64,000 nucleotides of DNA from Trichoplax adhaerens. Taxonomy: Eukaryota; Animalia; Placozoa. Position numbers and translations under genes: made by a program. The notes below the pieces were generated by a model, which had not been told where the DNA came from, ran no database searches, and was given only the letters and a program-made list of their open reading frames with translations. The stretch covers positions 1 through 64,000 of the forward strand of contig NW_002060948.1 of assembly GCF_000150275.1 (NCBI RefSeq), written 5' to 3'. Each line of letters begins with the position of its first letter. Position 1 is the stretch's first letter. This document shows positions 14,401-28,087 of this stretch, piece after piece.

Positions 14401-15392
14401 GTGTGATAAGATAGGAGGACTACGTCAGGGCCAGTAGTCCTTGAATGCAATAGTTTACAGTTATGGATTTTGAGATTGATCAATGTGTAACTAACGCTGG
14501 TAGATAAATAGCGGATTGAAATAGCGACGTATTTGGCAAAAGTCTTTAGTATCCGACTGTCTATTCAATTACCAACGTCGACGAATGGTTTTTGTGAGAG
14601 AACTTGTAGAATAGCCTGTTGTTGAATAATGTATAATCGATTGCGGTAGTACTGTGCAATGGTATAATTGTTCAGCATACGATACGAGTCCATTGCTCGT
14701 ATATTGAGCTATATAATCCTGTCAACGTAAGCCTGAAGGAGAGAATGAAAGTAGTTCTCGGGTTGCATGGATATGATGGTTGGAGCTGTATTACTGGCAG
14801 TTTCTCAAGTATCATCGTTGAAGATGTTATGTCAATCGTCATGTAGTAGAGAATGGATGGATGACTACTATTGCTAACGAGTGCATTTAGCGATGTGTCA
14901 TGTAGTCAGGAAGTGCATTTAGCATTTACTGTAATTGATGGCGACCAACAGGGTTGTCGACCAACTTGTACAGCAGGGACTCTGACTACAATGCTGTTGC
15001 ATTCTAACTGTACTTGGCTGTCCATTGTACAATGGACACAATCTATTGCCGTGGATAACCCTTTCTGGACAAGATTCTATCACACTGTACAACAAGTCAT
15101 GGTATTTTACTTGGACTACAATCATAGGATAAGGAGAATGTTTGTTTGTGTGTGTGTGTGTATGTTGAAGACGCGAGTAGAATGGAAGTAGGACTACTAC
15201 TCTGTGAATTGAAGTTGGTATACCTTTGTGATAGAATTGAAGTGCAAGTTGGTAAGCGTCGGTAGTTGGTATTCCCCATTTGCCTTGAGCTTGGATGTCG
15301 GTTACATCGATATGAAGGGAAGAATTTGTCAAATCGCCTCCAATGCTGCTGTTGATATCGATTGATGCATTGAGTGACGTATTGCTATCCAT
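11401..15392 (-). CDS. ACBD3: Golgi resident protein GCP60 / acyl-CoA-binding domain protein 3 (ACBP + charged coiled coil + GOLD domain)
   Basis: Spliced exons 15392-15224, 13490-13355, 13247-12897 and further exons to TAA at 11403-11401. ACBP region [35 protein letters not shown]...[12 protein letters not shown]; [10 protein letters not shown] charged region; GOLD-domain [13 protein letters not shown]...[16 protein letters not shown] and [25 protein letters not shown]. Confidence 0.95.
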
Positions 15393-15452
15393 GCCACACG
15401 TTGGAAAGTCTTTTGAGAACGTCTTGAGAAGATGCACCAAGACAAAACTACT

Positions 15453-15475
15453 TCTCTCTCTCTCTCTCTCTCTCT
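15453..15475. repeat. (CT)n microsatellite just upstream of the ACBD3 start codon
   Basis: ctctctctctctctctctctct. Confidence 0.9.
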
Positions 15476-15530
15476 ATTTACAGAAGAGAATGGCAAGACG
15501 AGAATGAAGAAAGGATTTCTGTATTTGCTG

Positions 15531-16711
15531 CTGTACTGTACTGTACAGTCGCCAGTTCAGTGTACTGTACTGTAGGTTGTACAGTACAGACTGTACAGTA
15601 CAGTACAGGGATACAGTACTGTACAACTCCCTGGTCCAGTTCCAGTCTACTGTAGTACAGTACAGTACTGTATGGAAAAAGCGGCGCCGTTGTGCATTGC
15701 GTACTGTACACTGTACAGTACGCATGACCGTACAGTACTGAACATGGTTGTTACAGTACTGTAGACTGTACTGTACTGTACTGTAGTCAAGGAGCGACTC
15801 TTGTGTACTTTGTACTGTATCAAAAAAGCAGCGCATGACCCTACTGTACAGTGTACAGTACTGAACATGGCTGTTACAGTCAACTGTACAGTACAGTACA
15901 ATACTGTACTGTACAGTACCCCATGCACTATTCTGTGTACTGTACAGTGTACACTGTACTGTACTGTACAGTATGTACAGTACAGTACAGTACAGTAAGG
16001 CTTTGGAACTTTTCTTGTACTGTACTGTACAGTGTACAGTACTGTCCACTGTCTACAGTACATACTGTACAGTACAGTACTCGATGCACTATTCTGTGTA
16101 AAGTACTGTACAGTACAGTACTACAGTATATTGTACTGTACTGTGTGTGCTGATTCATCGGATTGGAAAAGGATCATACAGTACAGTACTATACTGTACA
16201 TTACTGTACAGTACTGTACTGTACTGTACTGAATGAGCCACTTTCTACAGTAGACCCAGTACAGTACTTTGTACTGTGCAAAACTCAGTCTGACCCAGTG
16301 CACGTGTGGTACTGTACTGTACTGTACAGTACAGTATGTGGAGATCGCTGCACTCTGCTTATCAATTAATTCATCAATTAATTAATTAATTAATTAATTA
16401 ATTATACAGTACAGTACTGTATTAATGAGTAATGAGATCGAAAAAAAGCCTTCTCTCTCTAGTACTGTACTCGATCTTCATCATAAAAGCGAGTCATTTT
16501 CTTCTCTTTATTTGCAATCCCCTTGACAGTACTGTACAGTACTGTATACAGTATCATGAAACTTTTTCTTTTTATTTTTACCCACTGTGTACAGTACAGT
16601 ACTGTAGACGTGTACACTGTACAGTACAGTACAGTACAGCGTACAGAGTCAACAGAGAGTGGTACTGTACTGTACTGTAGAGGCGAGACGGTATACAGTA
16701 CCACGTACTGT
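15531..16711. repeat. Palindromic CAGTA/TACTG pentamer array (about 1.2 kb) between divergent ACBD3 and DUF445-like genes
   Basis: Runs of CAGTA and its reverse complement TACTG alternate, giving many TACTGTACAGTA and ACAGTACTGT palindromes. Contains larger internal duplications and an (ATTA)n tract at about 16364-16403. Confidence 0.93.
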
Positions 16712-16876
16712 AGGTCGTGAGAGTAGAAACAGGCGTTCAGTCGTAGGTCGAATGGCTCTTTCTTCTCCAATAACATGTAGCTGGAAACCATTGGAGAGAG
16801 AGAGGACGATCGAGTCGATGCGTAGTAAAAATCCAGTAAAAGTATCATATTCTTTTATTATTATAGCATTAGCTTG

Positions 16877-18350
16877 ATGATGAAGATGGAAAATACCAGC
16901 AATGAAGTATCAGCCGATGATCAATCTTCTCTTCAAATCAAGATCGGAAACCGTTGGACGCGAATCATTAATAAAAGCAGCGTCAGTTTAGCACTCAGTG
17001 CTGTTATTGGTGGTATTGGTGTTGTCATTCTTGTGGCCAGTCAACAAGACAAAACTGCCCTTGCTGTCAGCCATTTTTTCTTATCTTGTGGTATTTTTGC
17101 CTTTGCTGGCGGATTCACCAATTGGTTGGCAATATTCATGCTCTTTAACAAAATACCATGGATATACGGAAGCGGGTAAGCACAGTAGACTATAGAGTAC
17201 GGTACTGTATGGAGACTTTGGGTACTGATGCAGATCCTTCTGCAACCTTGATCGATACAGTAGTAGACAGCAGTAATTCAATATACAATTATCCAGAAAA
17301 ATGGAGTTATAGTCCTGTAGAATCCAAAGTCGTAAAGCGTGATGCAGTTCAGTGCAATAGACTTCGCGTTCTACTGTACTTTCTTCCTACTTTTTACATT
17401 TTATACCATCATACTGCTACTGTGCTACATCCATTCTCTCCACAGTACATACTACACTCTACTGTATGAACTAGGCTCCATACACCAAATTCGATCAAAC
17501 TAAATCAATCACTTTGAGGAATAACATTATCGTAGTTTATGCAATGATGAAGAGCAAGCATGATGCACTAGAACACCAACTGATTCGTTTCGGTGTAATT
17601 ATCCTTTGATTTTAGAGTTATTCCTAAAAAGTACGTTGAAATTAGGATGACTGTCAAAGATGTCATTCTCAAAACTTTCTTTGAGGAAAGATTCGTGTCG
17701 CAGTACTTGTTGGATAAAGTCAATACTTTGCAAGATAATTTGGCCATGAAGGAGAAGATGAAGACTTTTCTCAACTCTAGTCAAGTCGATGAAATAATTC
17801 AAGAAAAACTAGAGGTCATGAAAACAGGTCAACCTTTAGGACAATCACTAACAAATATGGGATTTGATATCAAATCTTTGCAACCCCTGGTGAAGCCTTT
17901 TATAATTGGATTTGGCGAAGATCTAATAGACCATTTGAAACACAGTTTTTCTCAATCATGGAATGTAAGTTATGACGTTAAAGTTTGACAATCTGAATAT
18001 TGTAATTGTACTCGACTTATTCACTTGATTTATTTGTCTTACATGTTCTGCACGATGTTGCATGAACCACTTCATTATTCTGTACACAGGATACACTTGC
18101 TAACTTCAATAATAAGATTACTTCTCTTTATCTTATTATATCTTAGGTGAATAAACTACAGTCTATTTTTCGGTCTGAGATTGATAACTATTTGGATATC
18201 AGGTCAAAACAGTTAACTGCTGAAATCGTGACAAAGATATTGAAAGATGTCATTCATCAACACTTAGGATGGATCGTCGTTTGGGGATGCGCATTTGGAG
18301 GAATTTTTGGTGTCTTTTTTCAGGCAGTCGGCTTAGGACCTTTATATTAA
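16877..18350 (+). CDS. DUF445/UPF0754-like membrane protein, 3 exons
   Basis: Exons 16877-17175, 17616-17964, 18147-18350 splice in frame. N-terminal hydrophobic GIFAFAGGFTNWLAIFMLFNKIPWIYGSGVIP and C-terminal IHQHLGWIVVWGCAFGGIFG resemble the two conserved ends of DUF445 proteins. Confidence 0.8.
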
Positions 18351-20039
18351 TTGATTGATTGGGTCATGTTCAATTAATTTACATTATTTGTAGTATATCC
18401 TGAACAAGAAATGGACATTGCACGCAATAGTGCTACTGATCAGTACGTTTGTATACGGGTATTTTCAATTGAATTGGGATACGGCATGATGTGTGTGTTA
18501 AAGGATAACTTCTTTTATGGACAGTCCAATCAAGTATCTAGTGGTACAATATTATGTATATTGTAAGCACCTTACTAATTGATCAAATTGCCTTGATTGA
18601 TAAAGTAGATTGCGCAGAATGATCTTACTGTAAATAAATAAATAATAATATATGTACCACTGTATTAAGTTGTGTTGTATATTTTTGGAGAACATGGATT
18701 ACATGATGAAAATTGCATGTAGTGTATTTTAATATCTCTATATTTCAATTTTGTGATTGTACTAGATTGTACGCGTATAATATCATGGTCTATTGAAAAG
18801 TTTATAGTCATCACTGTTTATAACCTAGCGCCGTTGAGGTCGTGAAAGCCCAGAGAATTGTTGGCTCACGACTTTCCCAGTGTTGTCATGGACAGTTTCT
18901 AGAAATGCAAAAGATCCTTACATCGTGATAAAGTACGAAACGCCTACAGTACTGTAAAAATCAAGTGAGATATTGATGTTAAGTAACCGATAGTACGGTG
19001 TTGATGAAAAAGAATATAAACGAAAGCTTAAAATAGCGGTATATTGAATTTTTAATTATTGGCATATCGTTCATTGTTCAACATTCCAACGAATTAATAA
19101 ATTATTTATCTTACATCAACAATTGTTATCATTCAGTAGCATTATGGATTTTCAGCTTTGTTTGACGACAATTTTAAGTTGCTTGCCATTGGGGAATACT
19201 TCACTGAGAACTATTGATGTAGTTAAGCAGTGTAAGAAATTGGCAACAGCATGGATTATGAAGTGCACTCAAATGGAATCGTCACGGTTGTAATGTAGTA
19301 AAGTGCTGTGTATGTAGGTAGATTGAATTAATACAACTATCCCTACTTGTACTCCCATGGTGAGGCTTTGTAAGCCATCCTCTTTCATTGCTGGACGTGT
19401 ATGTTGTAGCGGTATACTTTATATGGAGCGATGCTGAATCAGATGCAATTAATAAAGCCAAATTGAAGTCTAGAACTGCCTTACTGTACAAATACAATTT
19501 GTGCTGGAAAAGTATGACAAACAGAACATTATGGATGCTGCTATTACTATGCCATACTCTGTACTTTATAAATATGTTGTACTGGTGGAAGTATTTCGTA
19601 TGAGTAGAGGCAGGCCTGTTTTCCATATCATTTTGGAACAACTACGACACCAAATACTAGTGCATAATGAACCAGTGAAGGATTACTGGACGATCACGCG
19701 TGGACTTACTGGACTCAGTATGGACAGTTCTACTATCGTCAAACTCGATCACAGCTTTAAAAATAGTCAATATCTGTAATCCTTTGCTTTTAACTATCGC
19801 CATTTTTGTCCTCTATGGGATGAATGATCAGTTGATCACCTTTGTAACATCCTACTGTAGCTCGCTACACCTTGTTTCAAGTACGCTACATCTCAGAGTA
19901 CAGAGAATTTTTTTCAAAGAAATGCTTTTCCTTGTAATAAAAGATACTCAGTGTGGATATTTTCAGTCTATCTACACGAAAAAATAAGTCCTTGAATCGT
20001 TTTCAAACAATTTCATGGACGGCATGACTGCCATTTCTT

Positions 20040-20340
20040 AGCCGACATGGCGGATCGTGTATACAGTATGTTATATATATAAGATATAAGATATACAGTA
20101 TATTGCACGCGACGTTCGTGTCGGTTGTGATCGCAGTGTTGTCATCCATTCCGTTAGATGACATTGCGCTTGCGTTGAAGTAAGAGGCGGAGCCTCAGGC
20201 CTTGTCAACCAATGACATCCACGGACGTTGAACAGGCTTTTTTTTTTCTTCTGGTACTGCGTCAACTGCTGCAAGTGAAGTGGAGGACGCTGACTTGTCC
20301 TCCTTGTTCATAATAAGTTAGTTGAAGTGAGAGGGGGGTT
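20040..20340 (+). promoter_or_regulatory. GC-enriched putative ARID4 promoter with YY1-like (ACATGGCGG, about 20045-20053) and CCAAT (about 20209) motifs
   Basis: Locally raised GC/CpG 300-600 bp upstream of the ARID4 ATG, motif matches by eye, TACAGTA motifs nearby. Confidence 0.4.
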
Positions 20341-20632
20341 GAAGTCTGACTTGACTGACATTCAAAAGGATGATTATATTGTTTCTGAGTCAGTGTACTA
20401 AATATACAATATACTAAAAGACTTGCAGTGAATCAAGTGGAAAAAACTATTCGAAGGAAAACTTGATTGCTTGGCGTGCGCTGGATGTTTTGTGGAAGAT
20501 AGTTGGAGGAAATTGATTGCTGGACCTTAATTTTGACGCGTTATCCAAAGGTGGGGGTAAAAGGCGAGCGATTGAAAGGAATATCGTAAAGATCGAGTTG
20601 CAGTAGTACAAACAGGAACGAAACAGTCAGCA

Positions 20633-23600
20633 ATGGTAAGACTTGAAAATGTGTCTCTCAATGGATAGGCTCACATAATCATGGATGTTTGTGTGTCATT
20701 TCTTCCATTCATGGTATATCATGGATGTCATGGCTAGAGCATTTGTCGATACAGTAGAGTCTTGAACTTGAGTTATTTTTTACTCCTGATTGCAAATGTT
20801 GATTTTAGTCAAAGAAAAATAACTTAGTAGTTCAATTTGAAGTACTGTAGAGTTTTGTTGTAATGAGAGGAGGAGGAGAAATTTTTGACAGAGATTTTTT
20901 TACAGGGGGGGGGGAGACGCTGTTGGCTGCCTTCTGATGCAAAGTAGCCTTGCAGTAGTGATTGTTAAGAACGTAAAATGGAGCATAGATCAACAATATT
21001 ATTATCATGTTACACTACTACTACAGTCTATCTCCATCGTTATAAAGTCTACTAGATGAAAATAACTGGTCTTGATAGATCGTCCAGTTGTACATTTCAT
21101 ATGTCCATATCGTCATTCCAAGCTTACTGTACAGGTTACATTCACAATGGGATTTTTCTACATGGATCAAAGCCAATCAGATCATTCATTGATCCTTCTC
21201 GCTATGGGCTAGCCATACACTCTACTACTGTATTCTACAGTCGATCTGCTTGGAAGATAATATTACATCAACGGCATTTCTCACCAACGTATGGACTAGT
21301 TTCACTCGTTCAATCAATTTTTGAAAAGGGTGGCTGCTGATTTGACCATTATGGATAACTCGATTGAACAATTGAAACTCTAAATGGTGTTATTAAATGC
21401 TGCATCAATGACTTTGGAAAACCGCTAGTTGTACGCATTCAATATTTTTTTTTTCCTTGATCGATTTCACTTATCATTTTATACACGATACATTACTTCA
21501 AATATTACCTCTCTGTAATCCACTTGTTTCCATCTTCTATGTCACTGCCATAAATAACCCACCAAGTTTAAACTAAATTAATTCTTTTCAATTCTAGACT
21601 TCAGAGGAGCCTGCATACTTGAATATTGGTACTGATGTTAGTGCTAAATATCGTGGTGCTTTCTGCGAAGCTAAAATTACCGACGTAAGAAAAATGGTTC
21701 GATGTAAGGTAAATTTTCCAACGAATCAACATCGTTTACAATATAGCAATATTGAATTTTAAATGATTTTATCCTTTCATTTATTTATTATATGCTATTA
21801 GTGCTAATCTACAGCGTAAACTTAAGTTGCCTTTTTATTACAAGACTGTATGTTTTTTTAGATTAAATTAAATTGGAAATGACTGAAATCGTATTTTTAT
21901 GTTGTTTAGGTTAACATCGGAAGAAATACTAACCCTGTTACAGTACTAGACGACTGTATTGTCCGTGGCGAGTTGAAGGTATTCCTAATTCAAAACTTGT
22001 TTGAACTACTTCTCTGTAATGTCAACCTCGATTGTAGTAGTCCATGATGATTAGAGTTAGCATCCATGACGAAACTATTGTAGATTTCGAACTCTTGCCT
22101 TTATCTACGCGTATAAAATTGACACCGTTTTGATGGCTTCAACATTCTACTGTAATTTAAGGGCATCTTATCAAGCTTGCTCATTGAAACTGATGAGCCA
22201 TGTCTATGGTACAAATGAGCTTATAGGCTTTATCTATTATATTTTTTTGACCATCAATATGCTTATTATATGACTACCAAATAGCAAAATAAAATCATTG
22301 CTAGTACCTAGAAATAATCAGTTCTATAAAATACCGCGGAGTTGTTGTGATATTGGAAAGTATATATCAATTCTTACAAATTTCAATTATTGTTCCTTTT
22401 AGGTTGGCAGCGAAATTGTTCTTCAAATGCCGGATGATACTCTCGCTAGTGGTAGTATCGCTAAGCTTACCGATGCTAGCACATATACAGTTGGTAAGTT
22501 AATGTTTTTCTTGTCATTACACGATATAACTTAGCAATGTTACGTTTCAAGAAAATTTTCTATTTAAACTTTCTCCTCCCCTCGGATAAAAATATGTTTC
22601 TCTCTACCCTGATCCATCATCAACATATTTCATGACAATTAAGTTATTCCAAACACTAAGTAAATGCAAGCTTTGTGCTATCATGTCATCAAATAGATAT
22701 ACGGTGGAATAAATAAAGAATGCTATATTATATGTCATTAACATGAAGTTGCTGAACTTAACTTCAAGTGTTTCCATTCATTTCAAGTAATGTTTATTCA
22801 TCACTTAGCATGCTATAGAACCGTACTCTACTATATTTGGTTAACTCGTTACAGTTTACAAATGCGCAGTACAACCACAACGTAGTCATAATAAATCACA
22901 CTGATATAGATACCATTAGAGATTGTACGATTAAAGTGTAATAAACTTATATATTGCGCCTTGAATTAGTTTTCGATGATGGTGATCAGAGATCCTTAAA
23001 GCGCACCGCACTTTGCTTAAAGGGCCAGAGACACTTCAATGAAAGCGAGGTTAGTACTTATTATTTAGATACAGTAGTCTACTTTAAGAGTTGCTTGATA
23101 TCTTAAAAGAGTAGACGCGTTCCGTTACTTCAATCATGGACTACCTGATGTATCTATATCTAGTAGTCCATGCTTCAATCAATAGGTCTAATGGTTGGGA
23201 TAAATACCGCATGTGGTTGTGCAATGTATAATATTGTACTCTACGCATATTTGTACATGTATAATATCTTAGTCACGTTGTTTGTTGGTCTGACTCGATT
23301 TTTGTACTTAACTATAAATATACTTATTTATAGACACTGGATCATTTACCTCTGACAAATCCGGAAAATTTTGGCAATCCAGTAGTAGCGGTAAGATTAC
23401 TCCATTTTAATTCTGTAAGTTATAAAAAATATGTACAAGTTATCAATTAGCAAATAATTGTATAAATTAGGAGTCGAAGAAAGTTGCTAAGAAATCGCAG
23501 CGATCAAGGTAATAATAATAGAAATTTAAAAAATCAATTTATCATCACTTCATGAGACTAAATCTATTTTGCTTTAATGCACTACTACTGTATTACATGT

Positions 23601-26600
23601 AAGCCACGCTTATAACTGAAATGGTTGGTTTAAATACAGGAATGATGATACTGAATCAGAAAGTAGTGAAAGCAAGAAAATCGGAAGTAATGAGCGCGCT
23701 CGAATTGCGAAGGTAAAATTCATAAAAATCGTCGACGAATTACATGTTACTACGTAAATTCAAAGTAGGTTAATGAGAAATCATTCTTTAGTAATTGTGC
23801 TTCTACTAGTGACATAATATCAGATCAGTTGCTATGTTCTTCGATTAAGTATCTACAGCATTCGTTTACATCGCTGCTTTTTGGCTTAATTGCGCTAAGT
23901 AGAATTTCGAAAAAGAAGCTGTTGTTAATTTATACTTTGAGCTTAAATAATGTAAATAAATTATGTTGTAATGGTAGATTGTCATGGTCAAGCAGAATGA
24001 CAAAAAGAGAAGTTGCTTTCCAGGCTTGGTTCGTAAATTTTGCTGTTTATTGTAGGTGTTATGTTAGCACTTATTTTACTCTTTTCTATTACTAAAATTT
24101 ATTAGCTGCAAAGGGATTCTGATCTAAACGATGACGTGGAAAAATGTTCTATTAGATCTTTCAAAGATGGAAAGATGTACGTTATTTTTTAATATGTTGT
24201 ATAAATATAAGTAGCTTTACAAGTGTTATCGCCAGTGAAATTTAATCGATAATGAGCATGTTTATAAATAACAGAATTTCGGTAGCCAAGAAAGATTTGC
24301 AATCATTAGATTTAAATTATGAAGCCGCTATAAATCAACTAAAAAGTAACGGATCTGCTCATAAGCCAGGTATGTACTGTATTTGATTGAGGCATCATAA
24401 TATATTAGTTAGTGTCTACACTATGATAATATGTCCGCAAAGCGATAAATAAAGTTGTATTAATCTATTTTCTCCATTTTATATTAAAATAATTAAAGCA
24501 CTGGAAAAAGCGATTACGTATATAAATGATGGTGAACTACCTGAAGACTGGCAGGTATGGAAAGTGTTTAAGAAAATAGAGTTACTACTTTACTTTCTTC
24601 CAATGTAGCATCCCTATCGATATTCCTTAGTTACGTTTTTATTTTTCATTAGGTTACCAATAAAGATGGAGATGATGTTGTAATGGACGAAGAAGCTGAA
24701 GAATTTATGGGTCGATTATACAAATTTATGGAAGATAAAGGTTAGGTTAATCAATTCAGGATAAATTATCTGATTCAATGGACATATTTTCTAACCGTTA
24801 TTTTTTTCCGAATTTATTAGGTACACCAATTACTAAGGCACCGGTCTTAGGTTATCAAACCTTAAATCTGTACAAGCTATATAAATTAGTTCAGAAAATG
24901 GGAGGAATGGAAAGGGTATTTAGTATATGAACTTGAAGATTTGAAATGTTATAGGTGCTGTCGTTTATTCATGAAAGTATTACTATTTTTCAGGTTTCAC
25001 AACAAATGAAGTGGAGATCATTATATTCTCAACTTGGTATAGCAACCATGATTACCAGTGCATCTCACAATATCAAACTTGCATATCAGAAGTATGGAAT
25101 TTGCGTTAATTTTCAAAATTTTGTAATACGAAAATTAAAAGCAGAAAATACGTTTCTATAGATATCTTTATCCTTATGAGTGCTATGAATATGACAAAAC
25201 TGCCGATGATAAAAATTCCCATAATGAAGATAGTGCGGAGAGTGCTAAGAGCCAAGAAGTACCCACATCTTCTGGAGTAATGATTGAATAGTTTTTGTTA
25301 TTTACACACTTAGTAAATTATAGATATTGTTGGCGGATAATTTAGAATTCAATAACAATAATATTATTAATAATGCTTTGTAGACTCTTAGACGCGAACG
25401 GTACAGAAGACAGCGCAGACGGAAAGGTATTTTAATATACAGTACAATTATTGTATAGGTTGTCTCGTAAAAACCGTAATGATACTTTGTGGTTTCGTAT
25501 AGAAATCAGTGAAGGTGACGATAGCACTGATGATGGAGTTGCCTCTGGTTCCGATGTATACAAACCAAGTTAGTTGATATTACTAATATTTTTTTGCTAC
25601 ATTTGGCCTTGTCATACATTAGAAACTAACACTATCTTATTTATCTGCTAAACAGTAGAATACCCTGGGAAAGACGCTACGTAAGTATAATTACAGATCA
25701 TTAGTATATATTTTTAGCATTGCCAATTGTGATAAGAAGTTTTGTTTCTGAACTTCACTCTTAATCTTTAGGAATGATAATTCAGACACTTATTCTGTTG
25801 GATCATTTGTATTGGTAAAGTATGGCAGGGGTAAAAAAAATTGCCAGTATGAAGCCAAGGTTAGATCCACTTATTGTTACTTCATAAATTAATTCTTAGT
25901 TGTAGTAAAAATTTCTTTCCATCGACAGATTCTTGAATGGGATGACAGTGATGAAAGTGGTACCACATCATATTTCGTTCATTATTCAGGCTGGAATAGC
26001 CGGTAAGTTAATTTAATTAATACGCGGAGTTACTTTACTATGTAATATGAGAAATCTCTAAAATGATTTTGTACTCAACAGACACGATGAATGGATCAAA
26101 CCAGATAGAATTATTCAAAAAATGAATCCACAAGGACTTTCAAGAGGCAATAAGGTAAGATCTTGCAATGTTACTATATTCTATAGTACCGATTAGGTTG
26201 CATATACAGATTACATACATATATACATAAAATGCTTTCTATGAATTATAAATTACTTATAGAATCCAGCTAAATCAGTATCGCTTCCTGTTCGACAAAT
26301 GCCTTTAAGAGGCGGCAGTCAATTAACCACTAATCCTCGCCGAAATAGCAGAAATGGTAACCTTAAAACGGAGCGTACATCTCCATCTAACAATAGACAG
26401 CCATCAGGTAAACGGATTAATTGTGCATATATTCGGTCAAGTAGCCCTATATCATCTCTTGTTGTATTACCAATAGGGAGAAGAGGTAGAGCTAGCACAC
26501 GGAACAGTCCACACTACGATAGTGAGGTGGAATCAGGTAATCCAGAATTGAAATATAGTTTCTGTAACTGAAGTTATATGCTAAAATTGTGATTTACAAT

Positions 26601-27718
26601 TTTTATTTCGTGCACGCTAGCACCATCCGACAGCCCAACTTCACAGAATACTAATTCTCCTGCAGATGAAGAAGCATCACATCCTGACGAAAATACGAGT
26701 AGTATGGAAGTTGTTTCTTATCAAGACGATGAAATAAATACTGCTAGCAGTAATAACAGTCCTAAAGAGAAGGTTGAAGCTAATGTAGAAGAAGAATCTT
26801 CTGAAGAAAATAAGATGGAAGTGGAGAGTGAAGAAATAAAACAAGATATCCCCCCTAATGATGATGATGATGGCGAGCCAGCAGAGGAATCAAGCCACGA
26901 AGAAGCAGAACAAGTTGAAGTTAAAAAAGAACCTGAAGTCACAGAACAATCACCTGAAACATGTGTAACTACTCAGGTTGATCAGAAAATCGAAGATAGT
27001 GCTTCTCCGGAAGAAAATCCCACGATTGAAGATAAGCCTACTACTGAAGAAAAGAAGGAAGAAAGTGAAGAAAGTAAAACATCAAACGATGATGCTAATA
27101 TCGATGAGAATTCTGATCCTGTAGAGCTAATTTTACCTCGTAAAAGAGGAAATAGGAGAAATGGCAATGCCAGGAAAAGATGTCGAAGTGATTCAACATC
27201 AGTATCGTCAAATGATCAAAGTAGCAAGTCTAATAATGATAGTAGTGCTAAGACTTCGACATCCTCTTCAACTGTTAGTGATGATAATGCAGAAAATGAT
27301 CTCGCAGGCATTTTAAATGGTATGTTATGAGCGTATTTTATGAAAGAGTTGGATATAGCGTTGTTAAGAGTTTTGTGTACATAATCTCCTAGATCTGGTA
27401 GTGTTAGGCGACTTACCTATCCGGAAAAGAATAGAAACTCTGCAAGTCAAACTAAATGAAATAAGACGTTTGTATAACAGTCGACGAGCGGAAGTAATGT
27501 CAATTGATAGGAAATTAAAGAAATATAGGAAAAAAGCGAAAGAGAAAGGTAACATTGTTACTATAATTTATGTAGACATTCGTAAAACTAATGCATATAC
27601 ATAAGTGGCTTGGTACTAATGTATACCAATTTGTGTCATTAACTGTTTTGCTTTCAATTTCATTTTAGCCCATAGCAATGGTGAATCGGTTGAGATTGTC
27701 GTTTCAGCGGAAGCTTAG
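20633..27718 (+). CDS. ARID4: AT-rich interactive domain protein 4 (RBBP1/ARID4A/B orthologue; Tudor-PWWP-ARID-chromobarrel)
   Basis: ATG|gtaag at 20633 then 21598 [27 protein letters not shown]; [44 protein letters not shown]; [40 protein letters not shown]...LAYQKYLYPYE; chromobarrel [22 protein letters not shown]; C-terminal coiled coil; TAG at 27716-27718. Confidence 0.96.
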
Positions 27719-28087
27719 CTGTCTTTTCAATGTACAGTACATTATCTTCGTTTTTCGATTACATTTACTAGCATAATAGATTTTAGTCTAGGATTGATGT
27801 CAGTCATGCTTTAGATCAAGATTGTAGAAAATATTGCAAGGGCTAATTGTTTTAAGTACATGATCGACATTTTTCGTAAAAGTAATAAATTATTCTTTTA
27901 CATGAACTTTGTAATCACCAGTCCTGAACCACGTTATTGTACTATGACTTTTACTCGGGAATAAAGTATAATAATCTCAATGACATGTAAATTTGTTGAT
28001 TCTTTCTATAAAAATTTTGTCAATTTCAATTCCGAGGTCAACAATAGGAAGTAAAAGTGTACAGATGATAGCAATCGAGTAAAATCG

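Noticed and set aside
13620-15191. Short ORFs and raised GC in ACBD3 intron 1
   Set aside because: No recognisable domain or splice pattern; the 14919-15440 ORF is ACBD3 exon 1 reading into the intron.
15531-16711. CRISPR-like repeat/spacer appearance
   Set aside because: No constant-length repeat-spacer periodicity, no cas genes, eukaryotic context.
15474-16877. Many overlapping ORFs rich in YSTVQ/YCTVL
   Set aside because: Translation artefacts of the CAGTA/TACTG repeat, which has few stop codons in any frame.
18842-18875. SECIS-like GUGA..AA..GA spacing
   Set aside because: The helix register does not form the G.A quartet geometry, and no in-frame TGA selenoprotein ORF is seen upstream.
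26721-27555. Minus-strand Ser/Phe-rich ORFs
   Set aside because: Antisense shadows of the acidic and Lys-rich ARID4 exons; the same applies to 46567-47099 in TALPID3 and 55408-56317 in SYT.
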